Source: an uncultured delta proteobacterium (GTDB lineage: Bacteria > Myxococcota > Myxococcia > Myxococcales > Myxococcaceae). Taken from it: a DNA stretch of 64,000 bases. The notes beneath the pieces are model-generated. The model was given only the letters and a program-made list of their open reading frames with translations. It made no database searches and was not told the origin of the DNA. The position numbers and the translations under genes are program-made. The stretch's first letter is position 1. Every line of letters begins with the position of its first letter. The stretch is taken from the NCBI GenBank assembly GCA_963771175.1, contig CAVYSY010000033.1, positions 96,001-160,000 on the forward strand. The letters run 5' to 3'. This document shows, one piece after another, positions 1-11,451 of this stretch.

Positions 1-120
1 GGCCCGGGGCCCTACCTGCGGCTCGCCCCGCACCTGCACGGCACGGATGGATTCTTCGGGGCCATCCTCGTGCGCGCGAAGTAGGGTTGAGGTTCCCCCC
101 CGCCCATTGGAGGGCACGGA

Positions 121-1881
121 ATGCCGGAAGCGGTCCACTATCGCGTCTCGATGCTCCGCCCGCACTCGCACCTCTTCGAGGTGGAGGCCACCTTCCCCGC
201 GGGCCCGGACACCCTCGATGCCCTGCTGCCGGTGTGGACGCCCGGCAGCTACCTCGTGCGCGAGTTCGCGCGCCACGTGCAGGAGGTGAGCGCCTCGGCG
301 GGAGGCGCTCACCTGCCCGTGCAGCGCGTGGACAAGCGCACCTGGCGCGTCCAGGCGCGGGGCCGCGCGGTGACGCTGCGCTACCGCGTCTACGCCAACG
401 AGCTCACCGTGCGCACCAGCCACCTGGACGGCACCCACGGCTACTTCAACGGCGCCACCCTCTTCCTCTACACCGAGGCCACGCGGGGCCAGGAGCACCA
501 CGTCACCGTGGAGGCCCCCGCGGGCTGGAGGCCCTTCGCCGCGCTGGAGCGCCGGGGCGAGGCCTTCGTCGCGAAGGACTACGACGAGCTGGTGGACAGC
601 CCCTTCGAGGTGGGGCCGCACACGCCCCACACCTTCACCGCCGCGGGCGTGCCGCACGAGGTGGTGGTGTGGGGGGACGCGGTGCCGGACGCGGGCCGGC
701 TGTGCTCGGACCTGCAGCGCATCTGCGAGACGGAGGCGAGGATGTTCGGCGGCCTGCCCATGTCCCGCTACCTCTTCCTCGTCTACCTCACGGACAAGGG
801 CCGCGGAGGGCTGGAGCACAAGGCGTCCACCTCGCTCCTCTTCCCGCGGGTGGGGCTGCAGAACTCGCGGGGCTGGGAGGACTTCCTCACCCTGGCCGCC
901 CACGAGTACTTCCACCTGTGGAACATCAAGCGGGTGAAACCGAAGGCGCTCGTCCCCTTCGACTACTCGCAGGAGAACTACACCTCGCTGCTGTGGGCCT
1001 TCGAGGGGGCCACGTCCTACTACGACAACCTCATCGTGCTGCGCGCGGGGTTGATGAGCGCGAGCCGCTACCTCACACGACAGGGCGAGACGCTCTCGGC
1101 GCTGCACGCCACCCCGGGCCGCAAGGTGCAGACGCTCGCCGAGGCGTCGCTGGTGAGTTGGGTGAAGCACTACCGCCCGGATGAGAACTCGCCCAACAGC
1201 GCCATCTCCTACTACCTCAAGGGCGAGGTGGTGGCCGTGCTGCTGGACCTGGAAATCCGCCGGGCCACCAACAACGCGCGCGGCCTGGACGACCTGATGC
1301 GCCTGCTGTGGCAGCGCCACGGCGACGAGTCCGGCGTGCCCGAGGACGGCGTGGAGGCGGCGGCCTCGGAGGTGGCGGGCAAGGACCTGAGCGCCTTCTT
1401 CGACCGGGCGGTGCGCAGCACGGAGGAGCTGGACTACTCCGTCTTCTGGCACGTGGGCCTGGAGGTGCACTTCCGCCCGCGTGAGTCCTCGAGCGACAAG
1501 GGCGGCAGCCCGGTGCGGACCAAGGGCGACGGCAAGCCGAAGGGCTGGCTGGGCGTCACCACCAAGGGGAGCGCCACCCTCGCCACGGTGGTGGACGGCT
1601 CGCCCGCCCAGGAGGCCGGGCTGTACGTGGACGACGATGTGGTGGCGCTCGACGGCTGGCGGGTGGACGGCGCGGGGCTGCTGGCCCGCTGCGACGACAA
1701 GTCCCCGGGCGACACGGTGCGCCTCACCGTGTTCCGCCGCGACCGACTGCTGGAGGTGCCGGTGACGCTCGGCCAGAAGCCCGCGGACGCGGCCTGGCTC
1801 GCGCGCGTGGAGAAGCCCACCGACGCACAGAAAGCGGCGTACCAGGCGTGGCTGGGCGCTCCCTGGGAGGAATCGGGGTAG
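121..1881 (+). CDS. M61 family (glycyl aminopeptidase-like) metallopeptidase with C-terminal PDZ domain
   Basis: 586-aa ORF; WTPGSY N-terminal motif, GGLEH, HEYFHLWN (HExxH), WAFEGATSYY, PDZ-like GSPAQEAGL. Confidence 0.92.
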   Translation: MPEAVHYRVSMLRPHSHLFEVEATFPAGPDTLDALLPVWTPGSYLVREFARHVQEVSASAGGAHLPVQRVDKRTWRVQARGRAVTLRYRVYANELTVRTSHLDGTHGYFNGATLFLYTEATRGQEHHVTVEAPAGWRPFAALERRGEAFVAKDYDELVDSPFEVGPHTPHTFTAAGVPHEVVVWGDAVPDAGRLCSDLQRICETEARMFGGLPMSRYLFLVYLTDKGRGGLEHKASTSLLFPRVGLQNSRGWEDFLTLAAHEYFHLWNIKRVKPKALVPFDYSQENYTSLLWAFEGATSYYDNLIVLRAGLMSASRYLTRQGETLSALHATPGRKVQTLAEASLVSWVKHYRPDENSPNSAISYYLKGEVVAVLLDLEIRRATNNARGLDDLMRLLWQRHGDESGVPEDGVEAAASEVAGKDLSAFFDRAVRSTEELDYSVFWHVGLEVHFRPRESSSDKGGSPVRTKGDGKPKGWLGVTTKGSATLATVVDGSPAQEAGLYVDDDVVALDGWRVDGAGLLARCDDKSPGDTVRLTVFRRDRLLEVPVTLGQKPADAAWLARVEKPTDAQKAAYQAWLGAPWEESG

Positions 1882-1903
1882 GCTGTGGCGCCAGAGGAGC
1901 CAC

Positions 1904-3361
1904 ATGAAGTCGAAACCTCTCGCCCGTTGCAAACGCCACCCTTCCGCCATCGCTGGCTGGCACTGTGACGGGTGTGGCGCCACGCTCTGCCCGGACTGCA
2001 TGGAGGCGCGACGGATGCAGACGGTGGACCTGCTCTCCTGTCGCGCGTGTGGCGGCCGGGCGGAGGCCATCATCGTCCACCGCTCCGAGCAGGCCTCGCT
2101 CGCCGATCGGCTGGGCAACGTCTGGCGCTATCCCTTCACCCAGCACGGACTGGCACTGGTGCTGGCGGTCGGGACGTTCCTGACCGTCTTCAGCTACCTG
2201 ACGCAGGCCGCGTTCATCCTGGGTCGGTGGTTCCCCGCCGCGCTCGGCGCCGGCATCTTCTGGGGCAGCTTCCTGGCCATCGTGCGCGCCAGTGCGCGAG
2301 GCGAGAACGACGTCCCCCTCCCGGAGTTCTCCGAGGTCGGCGCCGATTGGATCGCCCCGGCCCTACGAGGCCTGCTGGCCACCAGCGTGGTGTGGTTCCC
2401 CCTCGTGGCCTACCTCGTGCTCGTCGGCGGCTGGAACGTGCTCCAGTACGTGGACCGCCTGATGGAAGACCCCATGTTCTTCGCGACCGGGAAGTTCCAA
2501 TCCATCCCGGGGGAGCAACTGCTGAAGGACCCCGTCGCCTGGGTGATGGGAGTGGCCGGCCTCGTCTACCTGCCCATCGCGCTCGTGCTGGCGGCGACCG
2601 GCACGAGCCTGCTGGACATCCTCAACCCGCTGCGGGGCGTGCGCGCCATCCGGGCCCTCGGGCGGGACTACGGGGTGACGCTGGGCGCCCTGTTCACCCT
2701 GGGGCTCGTGTTCCTCGTCGTCCGCTTCGTCACCTCCGAAATCCGCGCGCTGGACCTCGGCATCGGAACGCGCTGGCCCGCGGAGGTCCTCGAGGTCTTC
2801 GTGCCCTTCATCATGGCGCGGGTGCTCGGGCTGCTCGTCTACACGCGCGGCGACGTGCTCGGGTACGGACCTCCGAGCGACTACCTCACGCCCGTGCTGC
2901 GGGATGCCACGCCGAGCACCTCGCTGCGCGGGGAGAGCCACCTGCCTCCCGCCCCGGAGGCGATGGGAGCCACCACCTCGGAGGCCCCCGCTCCCACCGA
3001 GCAGGTGCAGGCACTCGCCCGAGCGGTGGAGAAGCGCGACATCTCCCTGGCACTCGCGCTCTACCAGATGCTGGACGGCGTGCCCCCCTCCGCCATCGCC
3101 CCGGCGCTGCACCTCTTCGTCGGGCAGGCGTCGGCCACGGAGGGACAGTATGAGCTGGCCGTGCGCGCGCTGGAGTCCGCCGCCGACGTGGCCCCGGACG
3201 ACCCGATCGCCCCGCGCGCCCTCACCCTCCTGGCCCGCGTGCTCGGCGAACGAATGCAAGACGCGGCGCGCGCCGAGGACATCTACCGGTACATCGTCGA
3301 CCGGTACCCGGATACGGACGCTTCCCGCTTCGCCCAGGCCCGTCTTCCGCCCACCACCTGA
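1904..3361 (+). CDS. Membrane protein with N-terminal B-box-like Cys/His zinc module and C-terminal TPR-like helices
   Basis: CKRHP..CDGC..LCPDC..CRAC at N-terminus, several hydrophobic segments, TPR-like C-terminus ending YIVDRYPDT. Confidence 0.7.
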   Translation: MKSKPLARCKRHPSAIAGWHCDGCGATLCPDCMEARRMQTVDLLSCRACGGRAEAIIVHRSEQASLADRLGNVWRYPFTQHGLALVLAVGTFLTVFSYLTQAAFILGRWFPAALGAGIFWGSFLAIVRASARGENDVPLPEFSEVGADWIAPALRGLLATSVVWFPLVAYLVLVGGWNVLQYVDRLMEDPMFFATGKFQSIPGEQLLKDPVAWVMGVAGLVYLPIALVLAATGTSLLDILNPLRGVRAIRALGRDYGVTLGALFTLGLVFLVVRFVTSEIRALDLGIGTRWPAEVLEVFVPFIMARVLGLLVYTRGDVLGYGPPSDYLTPVLRDATPSTSLRGESHLPPAPEAMGATTSEAPAPTEQVQALARAVEKRDISLALALYQMLDGVPPSAIAPALHLFVGQASATEGQYELAVRALESAADVAPDDPIAPRALTLLARVLGERMQDAARAEDIYRYIVDRYPDTDASRFAQARLPPTT

Positions 3362-3405
3362 CACCCGGCATTGCCTCCGCGAGGGAGCGTGCGCAATCCC
3401 TCCGC

Positions 3406-3789
3406 ATGCTCCGGGCTCGCCAGTTGCTGCTCCTCCTCGGCCTCGTGCCGCTCGCCGCCTGTGATGGGGGCCTGAGGGTGAACCGCCAGGGCAATCCCTG
3501 CGTCGAGGACCTCGTCACCCTGCGGGTGGAGGTGGTGGACGCACAGGGCAGGGAGGTGAAGAACGCCACCGTCACCGCCACCCATGTGGACTCAGGGCGC
3601 ACCATCACCGGCATCACCAACGAGCGGGGCGTCACCACCTCGGTGAACGAGGACCTCGGCTCGGGCACGGTGCGAGTGTCGGCTACCGCCGGCTCCAAGG
3701 TGACCGCACCCACAGAAGTGGTCTGGACATGCGACGAGTGCCACTGCCACCCCGAGCCCTCCACGGTGCGGCTCCAGCTCAATCCGTAG
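3406..3789 (+). CDS. Small lipoprotein, carboxypeptidase-regulatory-like beta-sandwich domain
   Basis: Lipobox LAAC; VVDAQGREVKNATVT...GITNERG pattern. Confidence 0.7.
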   Translation: MLRARQLLLLLGLVPLAACDGGLRVNRQGNPCVEDLVTLRVEVVDAQGREVKNATVTATHVDSGRTITGITNERGVTTSVNEDLGSGTVRVSATAGSKVTAPTEVVWTCDECHCHPEPSTVRLQLNP

Positions 3790-3859
3790 GCCCCTCTGGC
3801 GGCCGGGCCTACAATCGGCGTTTGTCCGTCGGGGTCTGACTCGCTAGGTTGAGGTCGCC

Positions 3860-4721
3860 ATGTCGAGCGTGGAAGACCTCATCCAGAAGCCCCTCTCCGA
3901 GCTGACCGAGCACTTCATCACGCAGGCCCGCTCCGTGCCGGTGGGACTCCTGGAGGCGCTGGAGGCGGACCCTCGCCAGGGGGCGAAGACGCTCGCCCGC
4001 CGCATCCGCGCCCGGCAGGGGAAGAACCGCGCCGAGGGCCAGCGCCTGCGCAACCTGCTCCGGTTCGAGAACGAGTTGTGGGAGCAGGGCCACACCCACA
4101 TCGCCGGAGTGGACGAGGCAGGCAGGGGCCCGCTCGCCGGCCCGGTGGTCGCCGCGGCGGCCATCCTCCCCAAGGGCTGGAAGCTGGAGGGGCTGGACGA
4201 CTCGAAGAAGATCGCCGACGAGGAGCGCCGCGAGGAGCTGGCCGAGTCCATCAAGCGCGGGGCGGTGGCGTGGGCGGTGGGCATCGCCGAGGCGGAGGAG
4301 ATCGACCGGCTCAACATCCGCCGGGCGAGCCTGTTGGCCATGCACCGCGCGCTGCAGGCGCTGGGCATCCAGCCAGACTACGTGCTGCTGGACGCCTTCA
4401 CGATTCCCGAGTGCGAGCTGCCCCAGCGCGGCATCATCAAGGGAGACGCGCTCTCGCTGAGCATCGCCGCGGCGTCGGTGCTGGCGAAGACGACGAGGGA
4501 CAGACGGATGCGGGAGTTGGACGCGCAATACCCGGGCTACGGCCTCGCCGAGCACAAGGGCTACCCGACGGCCTCGCACGTGCAGGCCATCCGGGAGAAG
4601 GGCGTCCTGCCCATCCACCGCCGCAGCTTCGCGCCGGTGCGGGAGTGCCTCGGGCGCTCCGAGCCGGCCCCGGCCGGGCCCCTCCAGGGAGAGCTCTTCA
4701 CGAGGAACGAAGCGGACGTGA
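3860..4721 (+). CDS. rnhB: Ribonuclease HII (as assembled it reads through to 5347; see findings)
   Basis: GVDEAGRGPLAGPV, LDDSKK, KGDALSLSIAAASVLAK, HKGYPT, HRRSF motifs; C-terminal QGELF clamp-binding-like motif. Confidence 0.93.
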
Positions 4722-5347
4722 GCGCGGACAAGGACATCGACGGGTGGCTGGCCGAGAGGGGAATCACCTCGTCGGACTCGCGCGCCCGGGCCCGGAACGC
4801 GCTGGAGGCGGCGGGGCTCACCAGCTCTCGCAAGGTGCGCATCAGCGAGCCCAAGCTGCCCCGGGCCGAGCAGGTGCTGGCCGAGCGCTTCTTCCGGGTG
4901 TGCACCGCCACCGAGTGCCAGCAGGTGGCGCGAGCGAGCGGAAGGGAGCCGCTGCCGGTGGAGCCGCGCAGCCACTGTGAGCACTGCGGGGGCTCGAACA
5001 ACCGGCGCGCGGAGGTGGCCTTCCTGGAGGCGTGCCAGCGCCACGGGGTGAGCCGGGTGGTGGTGGTGGGCGGCTCGCCCTCGGTGCGCGAGGAGCTGGA
5101 GGAGAAGCTCGGCGGGCGCATCGAGCTGCGCATGGTGGACGGCACCGAGCGGCGCACGGCGGGCAAGGCGCAGAGTGACTTGGAGTGGGGAGACCTGGTG
5201 CTCGTGTGGGGCGCCACGGAGCTGCACCACAAGGTGAGCAGCCACTACACGACGCCGGGCACGCCCCACCGCCACAAGGTGGTGCACGTGGCCCGGCGGG
5301 GCGTGGCCGCGCTGCTCGAGGCGGGCATCACCCACCTCGAACGATGA
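4718..5347 (+). CDS. Hypothetical protein with Cys cluster and C-terminal DUF2325-like Rossmannoid region (in frame with rnhB as assembled)
   Basis: GTG at 4718 after GAGGA; CTATEC, CEHCGG, VVVVGGS, DLVLVWGATELHHKVS. Confidence 0.55.
   Translation: MSADKDIDGWLAERGITSSDSRARARNALEAAGLTSSRKVRISEPKLPRAEQVLAERFFRVCTATECQQVARASGREPLPVEPRSHCEHCGGSNNRRAEVAFLEACQRHGVSRVVVVGGSPSVREELEEKLGGRIELRMVDGTERRTAGKAQSDLEWGDLVLVWGATELHHKVSSHYTTPGTPHRHKVVHVARRGVAALLEAGITHLER
5279..5347 (+). repeat. Left direct repeat (att-like), 3' end of the gene ending at 5347
   Basis: GTGGTGCACGTGGCCCGG...CACCTCGA identical over 62 bp to 8322-8383, then ACGATGA vs GCGTTGA. Confidence 0.95.
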
Positions 5348-5421
5348 GTGAGTCGAGGAGTTACTCCTCATTTGACCAACCTGTCAGGTAACAATCCACT
5401 GACGCGTCAATAAGAATAGAC

Positions 5422-7080
5422 ATGTCACCTCCCTCGCCACTCACACGACGTCCCAGAGCGACCGCCTTTAGCATTGAGGATCTGCTGGACCACGTTCGAC
5501 AGGGGAGCATCCGCATCCCTGAGTTCCAGCGGGCTCTTAAATGGAAGGCCCGGGACGTCCATGAGTTACTGGACAGTGTCTACCGAGGCTATCCCATCGG
5601 AACCCTGCTCTTCTGGCAGCACGAGGCGCCCGCAGCCCACATCCAAATCGGCCCAGTTAAATTGGACGCCCCCAAAAAGGCCCAAGCGCTATGGGTCGTG
5701 GATGGCCAACAACGCATTACCGCACTCACTGGGGTGCTCCTTCACCCATCGCTCAATGGTGAAGGTGGCTACGATGACTTCGGACTCTACTTCGACCTAG
5801 AGAAGGAGGATTTCGTTCGGCCTACCCGCCGGGAGCGGCCGCCCGCCCATTGGCTGCCCATGAATGTAGTAGCGGACAGCGAGTTACTGCTCGGCTGGTT
5901 GGATCGCTATTCCGCTCGGGCAGAGCACCCCGAGCACACAAGGACGGCCATCAAACTCGGCAAGATGATCAGGGAGTATCAGGTACCGGCGTATATCGTC
6001 GAAGCCGATGCGGAGGAAACCCTTCGCATCATCTTCGAGCGACTGAACTCCACGGGCAAGGCACTTTCCAAGGCGGATGTGTTCCAATCGCTCCATGGAG
6101 GCTGGAGCCAAGAGCAGCCTTCGGATCTTCGCTCCATGTCCCGCAGCTTGGAGGAGATGGAATTTGGCACCATCGAAGAGGAATGGCTGCTCAAGGCCGT
6201 TCTCGCCATCAAAGGTCTCGACATCACCAGGGACTTTCGATCTCAACTCAAGGAAGGCCATGATTTGCCAGGTGCGCTCCGCCAAACGGAACGCGCGCTG
6301 CGCGATACAATCGTCTTCCTCAAACGGGATGCAGGAATTCCCCGCATCGAACTCTTGCCGTACAAGCTCCCCCTCGTCATCCTGGCGCGCTTCTTCCAGC
6401 TCAATCCCGAGCCTTCCGCACGCTCACGTGAGTTGCTTGCACGATGGCTCTGGCGTGGTGCCATCACCACCTTTCATAGGGGAGAGAGCATTCCCGCAGT
6501 CCGCAAGAGCCTGGCTGTCATCAGGCGGAATGAGGATGAGTCGATACAGGCATTGCTCGCCGAACTTCCCGAAGCACCCACCAGGGAACTGAACCTGCGC
6601 GACTACAATTTCCGTACTGCGGAAACCAAGCTGCAGGTCAACGCGATGCTCGCACTGCAACCGCGAGATCTCCAATCCGGCGAGCTCCTGGATGTCCCCG
6701 CTATCATTGGAACGCAAGGAGCTGCCGCACTACGCCTCATCATCACATCACCCCCGCGCCTGCGCCCTGATGAGGGTTCAGCCCGGCTCAAGAGATTGAT
6801 GCAGGGGCTCGCCAATCGGATGTTCCACCCGGCGATGCAGGAGCAGTCGTTGCTCACCGCGCTCGAGCACTCTCTCCATCCAGAGGTGCTCAACAGCCAT
6901 GGCATTCCCTTGCCTGCGTTCACGGCGCTCCAGCAAGGCGACAGGCTGGGATTTCTGACCCTCCGACAAAGATTCCTGGAGCGCCACGTAGACACCTTCC
7001 TGGACTTGAAAGCACGTTGGCTGGAATCGGTTCGCAGGCCGCTCCAGTCTCTGCTCATCCTCGACGACGAGGAGGCATGA
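5422..7080 (+). CDS. DUF262 (GmrSD/SspE-type ParB-like NTPase) domain protein
   Basis: IPEFQR, LLDSVYRGYPIGTLLFW, VVDGQQRITAL, IFERLNSTGKAL motifs; 552 aa. Confidence 0.9.
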   Translation: MSPPSPLTRRPRATAFSIEDLLDHVRQGSIRIPEFQRALKWKARDVHELLDSVYRGYPIGTLLFWQHEAPAAHIQIGPVKLDAPKKAQALWVVDGQQRITALTGVLLHPSLNGEGGYDDFGLYFDLEKEDFVRPTRRERPPAHWLPMNVVADSELLLGWLDRYSARAEHPEHTRTAIKLGKMIREYQVPAYIVEADAEETLRIIFERLNSTGKALSKADVFQSLHGGWSQEQPSDLRSMSRSLEEMEFGTIEEEWLLKAVLAIKGLDITRDFRSQLKEGHDLPGALRQTERALRDTIVFLKRDAGIPRIELLPYKLPLVILARFFQLNPEPSARSRELLARWLWRGAITTFHRGESIPAVRKSLAVIRRNEDESIQALLAELPEAPTRELNLRDYNFRTAETKLQVNAMLALQPRDLQSGELLDVPAIIGTQGAAALRLIITSPPRLRPDEGSARLKRLMQGLANRMFHPAMQEQSLLTALEHSLHPEVLNSHGIPLPAFTALQQGDRLGFLTLRQRFLERHVDTFLDLKARWLESVRRPLQSLLILDDEEA

Positions 7081-7081
7081 A

Positions 7082-8310
7082 ATGCAACTCCTGAGCAGAG
7101 AGGTTGGCATCCTCGATGTCCGGCTGGGCGACGTCCACGTTGGAACGCTGAATCTACTGGAAGATGAATATACGGAGTTCGTCATCTCCGAGGAGTACCG
7201 TCAGCGGTATCCGCGGCCCATTCTCGGACAGGCTTTTGAGGATGACCTCTCCCGGCGGCGTTCGAGCCGAATTCGCTTATTGCCATTCTTCTCGAACCTT
7301 CTCCCCAGAGGGACCCCTGCGAGAGCTCATCGCGGGGAAATTGGGCGTGCACCCTCAGAGGGAGTTTTTCCTCATCGCGCGGCTTGGTGAGGATCTTCCC
7401 GGTGCGGTCATCATTACCCCGACTGGTGTACTGAGAGGAGACGCCTCCGAGCCCCTGGTAGGACGTGAGGAAGAACCTGCGCCCCTGCGGGAACAACTCC
7501 GCTTCTCTCTGGCTGGCGTGCAACTCAAGTTCTCCATGTTGCGCCGGGATCGCGGCATGACGCTGCCCACGAGTGGTCGTGGTGGCGATTGGATTGTCAA
7601 GCTACCGGACAATCGCTACGACCTCGTACCAGAGAACGAATTCTCGATGATGAGCTGGGCACACGCCGCTGGCATCGACGTGCCCGAATTCCATCTGGAA
7701 AGGGTCACCGACCTCGAGGGCCTTCCCGAGGGCGTGATGCTACGTGAGGGAATGGCATTCGCCATCCGCCGCTTTGACCGCCCAGAGCCCGGCCGGCGTG
7801 TCCATATGGAGGACATGGCGCAGGTGCTCGGGCTCTACTCGGACGAGAAATACAAGAAATACAATTATGAGACGACTGCGAACGTGTTGCTCAACGTGGC
7901 CGGACTGGACACACTCCACGAGTTCCTTCGCCGGCTTGTCTTCATCATCGCCATTGGCAACGGGGATGCCCACCACAAGAATTGGTCCCTGCTTTACCCA
8001 GACGGCATCCACGCGACACTCTCGCCAGCATACGACCTTGGTCTCAACCATCCAGTACATGCCCAAGGAGACCCTGGCACTGAATCTCGCTCGCTCCAAA
8101 AGATTTGAGGATGTATCCCTTGAAGCGTTCGAACGGCTTGCGCGCAAACTGGGGCTGAGCGGCGACGAAGTACTTCCGATCGTGAGAGCAGCCGTGGAAG
8201 CCACGCTCGATTCCTGGGTCAGCCTACGCGGCGAACTCCCCATACCCGAGAGCTACAAACAACGTATTGAGGAGCACTGGAAGAAGGTGCCACTGCTCGG
8301 GATGCAGTAG
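7082..8310 (+). CDS. hipA: HipA-family Ser/Thr kinase toxin (N-terminal couple_hipA + HipA_C), two +1 frameshifts (~7305, ~8040)
   Basis: Joined frames give PFFSNLLPEG, GEDLPGAV, SLAGVQLK, WIVKLP, ENE, RRFDR, HMEDMAQ, GNGDAHHKN, LSPAYDL. Confidence 0.9.
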
Positions 8311-8321
8311 AGACCATGAAT

Positions 8322-8390
8322 GTGGTGCACGTGGCCCGGCGGGGCGTGGCCGCGCTGCTCGAGGCGGGCATCACCCACCTCGAGCGTTGA
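8322..8390 (+). repeat. Right direct repeat; displaced copy of gene 3' end (VVHVARRGVAALLEAGITHLER*)
   Basis: 69-bp copy of 5279-5347 with 2 synonymous mismatches. Confidence 0.95.
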
Positions 8391-8397
8391 GGGCTGG

Positions 8398-10365
<1,968 letters not shown>

Positions 10366-10429
10366 GATGGGGCTCCCTCCAGTACGACGACGTCAGAACC
10401 CCTGTTCTAGAAGCCCCTCGTGCTCCGTC

Positions 10430-10948
10430 TCAAGGAGCGGATTTGCACGGGGCCGAGTTCTGGACGGCTTGATAACGAACCCACAGTTCACAGGCGCATG
10501 CGGCGGACTGCGTGGGTCTCGGCTCATAGCGAACACGCAGCACACCATCGAATTCCGTGGCGCACTGTGTCGTGCCCTCGAGGTGAACCGTCACCTGGTC
10601 CACGATGCACTCGCGGCCGTTGGCGTTGAGCGAGGCATTGGTCAGGCTGCCGTCGAGCGTGAAGGCGTCACCGTCCTCCGCCGCCCCGTCGAGGAAGGAG
10701 CCCACGAGCTGCATCTCCATCAGCCCGTACTCCATGCGCAGCACCTCGCCGGAGATGTGCAGCTTTCCATCCCAGAGCGACTCGGGCGCGGACAGCAGGG
10801 CGCAGTCGTCGCGCAACACCTCCTGGGCGGTGAGCTCGTAGGGGCCCTCGTTCTGGATGTAGGCACGGGTGCAGCCTGCTCCGAGGGAGAGGAACAGGGT
10901 GGACATCAGGAGGGGGCGGGACAATCGGGTAGCGGCCACGGCTCGCAT
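10430..10948 (-). CDS. Hypothetical myxobacterial Cys-containing lipoprotein
   Basis: Signal peptide with LGAGC lipobox; start uncertain. Confidence 0.6.
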   Translation of the reverse strand: MRAVAATRLSRPLLMSTLFLSLGAGCTRAYIQNEGPYELTAQEVLRDDCALLSAPESLWDGKLHISGEVLRMEYGLMEMQLVGSFLDGAAEDGDAFTLDGSLTNASLNANGRECIVDQVTVHLEGTTQCATEFDGVLRVRYEPRPTQSAACACELWVRYQAVQNSAPCKSAP

Positions 10949-11013
10949 GGTAGCGGAGCAGGGGTACACGTGCCGAGTGCAACCGCGGGACCAGCGGCTA
11001 GACTGGCCCCTCT

Positions 11014-11436
11014 ATGGCCCCGTTCAAGAATCCCCTGCCCACCGTGGACTGCATCATCGAGCTGCCAGGGGAACGCGTCGTGCTGATCCGCCGCAAGAAC
11101 CCGCCGCTCGGCTGGGCGCTGCCCGGGGGCTTCGTGGACGAGGGCGAGCGGCTCGACCTGGCCGCGGTGCGCGAGGCCAAGGAGGAGACCGGACTGGACG
11201 TGGAGCTGGTGGAGCAGTTCTTCACCTACTCGGACCCGCGCAGGGATCCGCGCAAGCACACCCTCTCCACCGTCTTCATCGGCCGGGCCCAGGGTGAGCC
11301 CCAGGGCGCGGACGACGCGGCCGAGGCCCGGGTCTTCCCCCTGGATGCCCTGCCCCAGGAGCTGTGTTTCGACCACGGCACCATCCTCGCCGACTACCTG
11401 ACCTACAAGCGGACAGGGCAGCGGCGGAAGCTCTAG
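11014..11436 (+). CDS. NUDIX hydrolase
   Basis: Nudix box [32 protein letters not shown]. Confidence 0.92.
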   Translation: MAPFKNPLPTVDCIIELPGERVVLIRRKNPPLGWALPGGFVDEGERLDLAAVREAKEETGLDVELVEQFFTYSDPRRDPRKHTLSTVFIGRAQGEPQGADDAAEARVFPLDALPQELCFDHGTILADYLTYKRTGQRRKL

Positions 11437-11451
11437 GACAAGCGGCCCCGG

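Larger units (their letters stand above)
5348..8321. mobile_element. ~3 kb accessory island (DUF262 + HipA) between direct repeats; no integrase
   Basis: Flanking repeats 5279-5347 and 8322-8390; visibly more A/T-ending codons than flanks. Confidence 0.8.
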
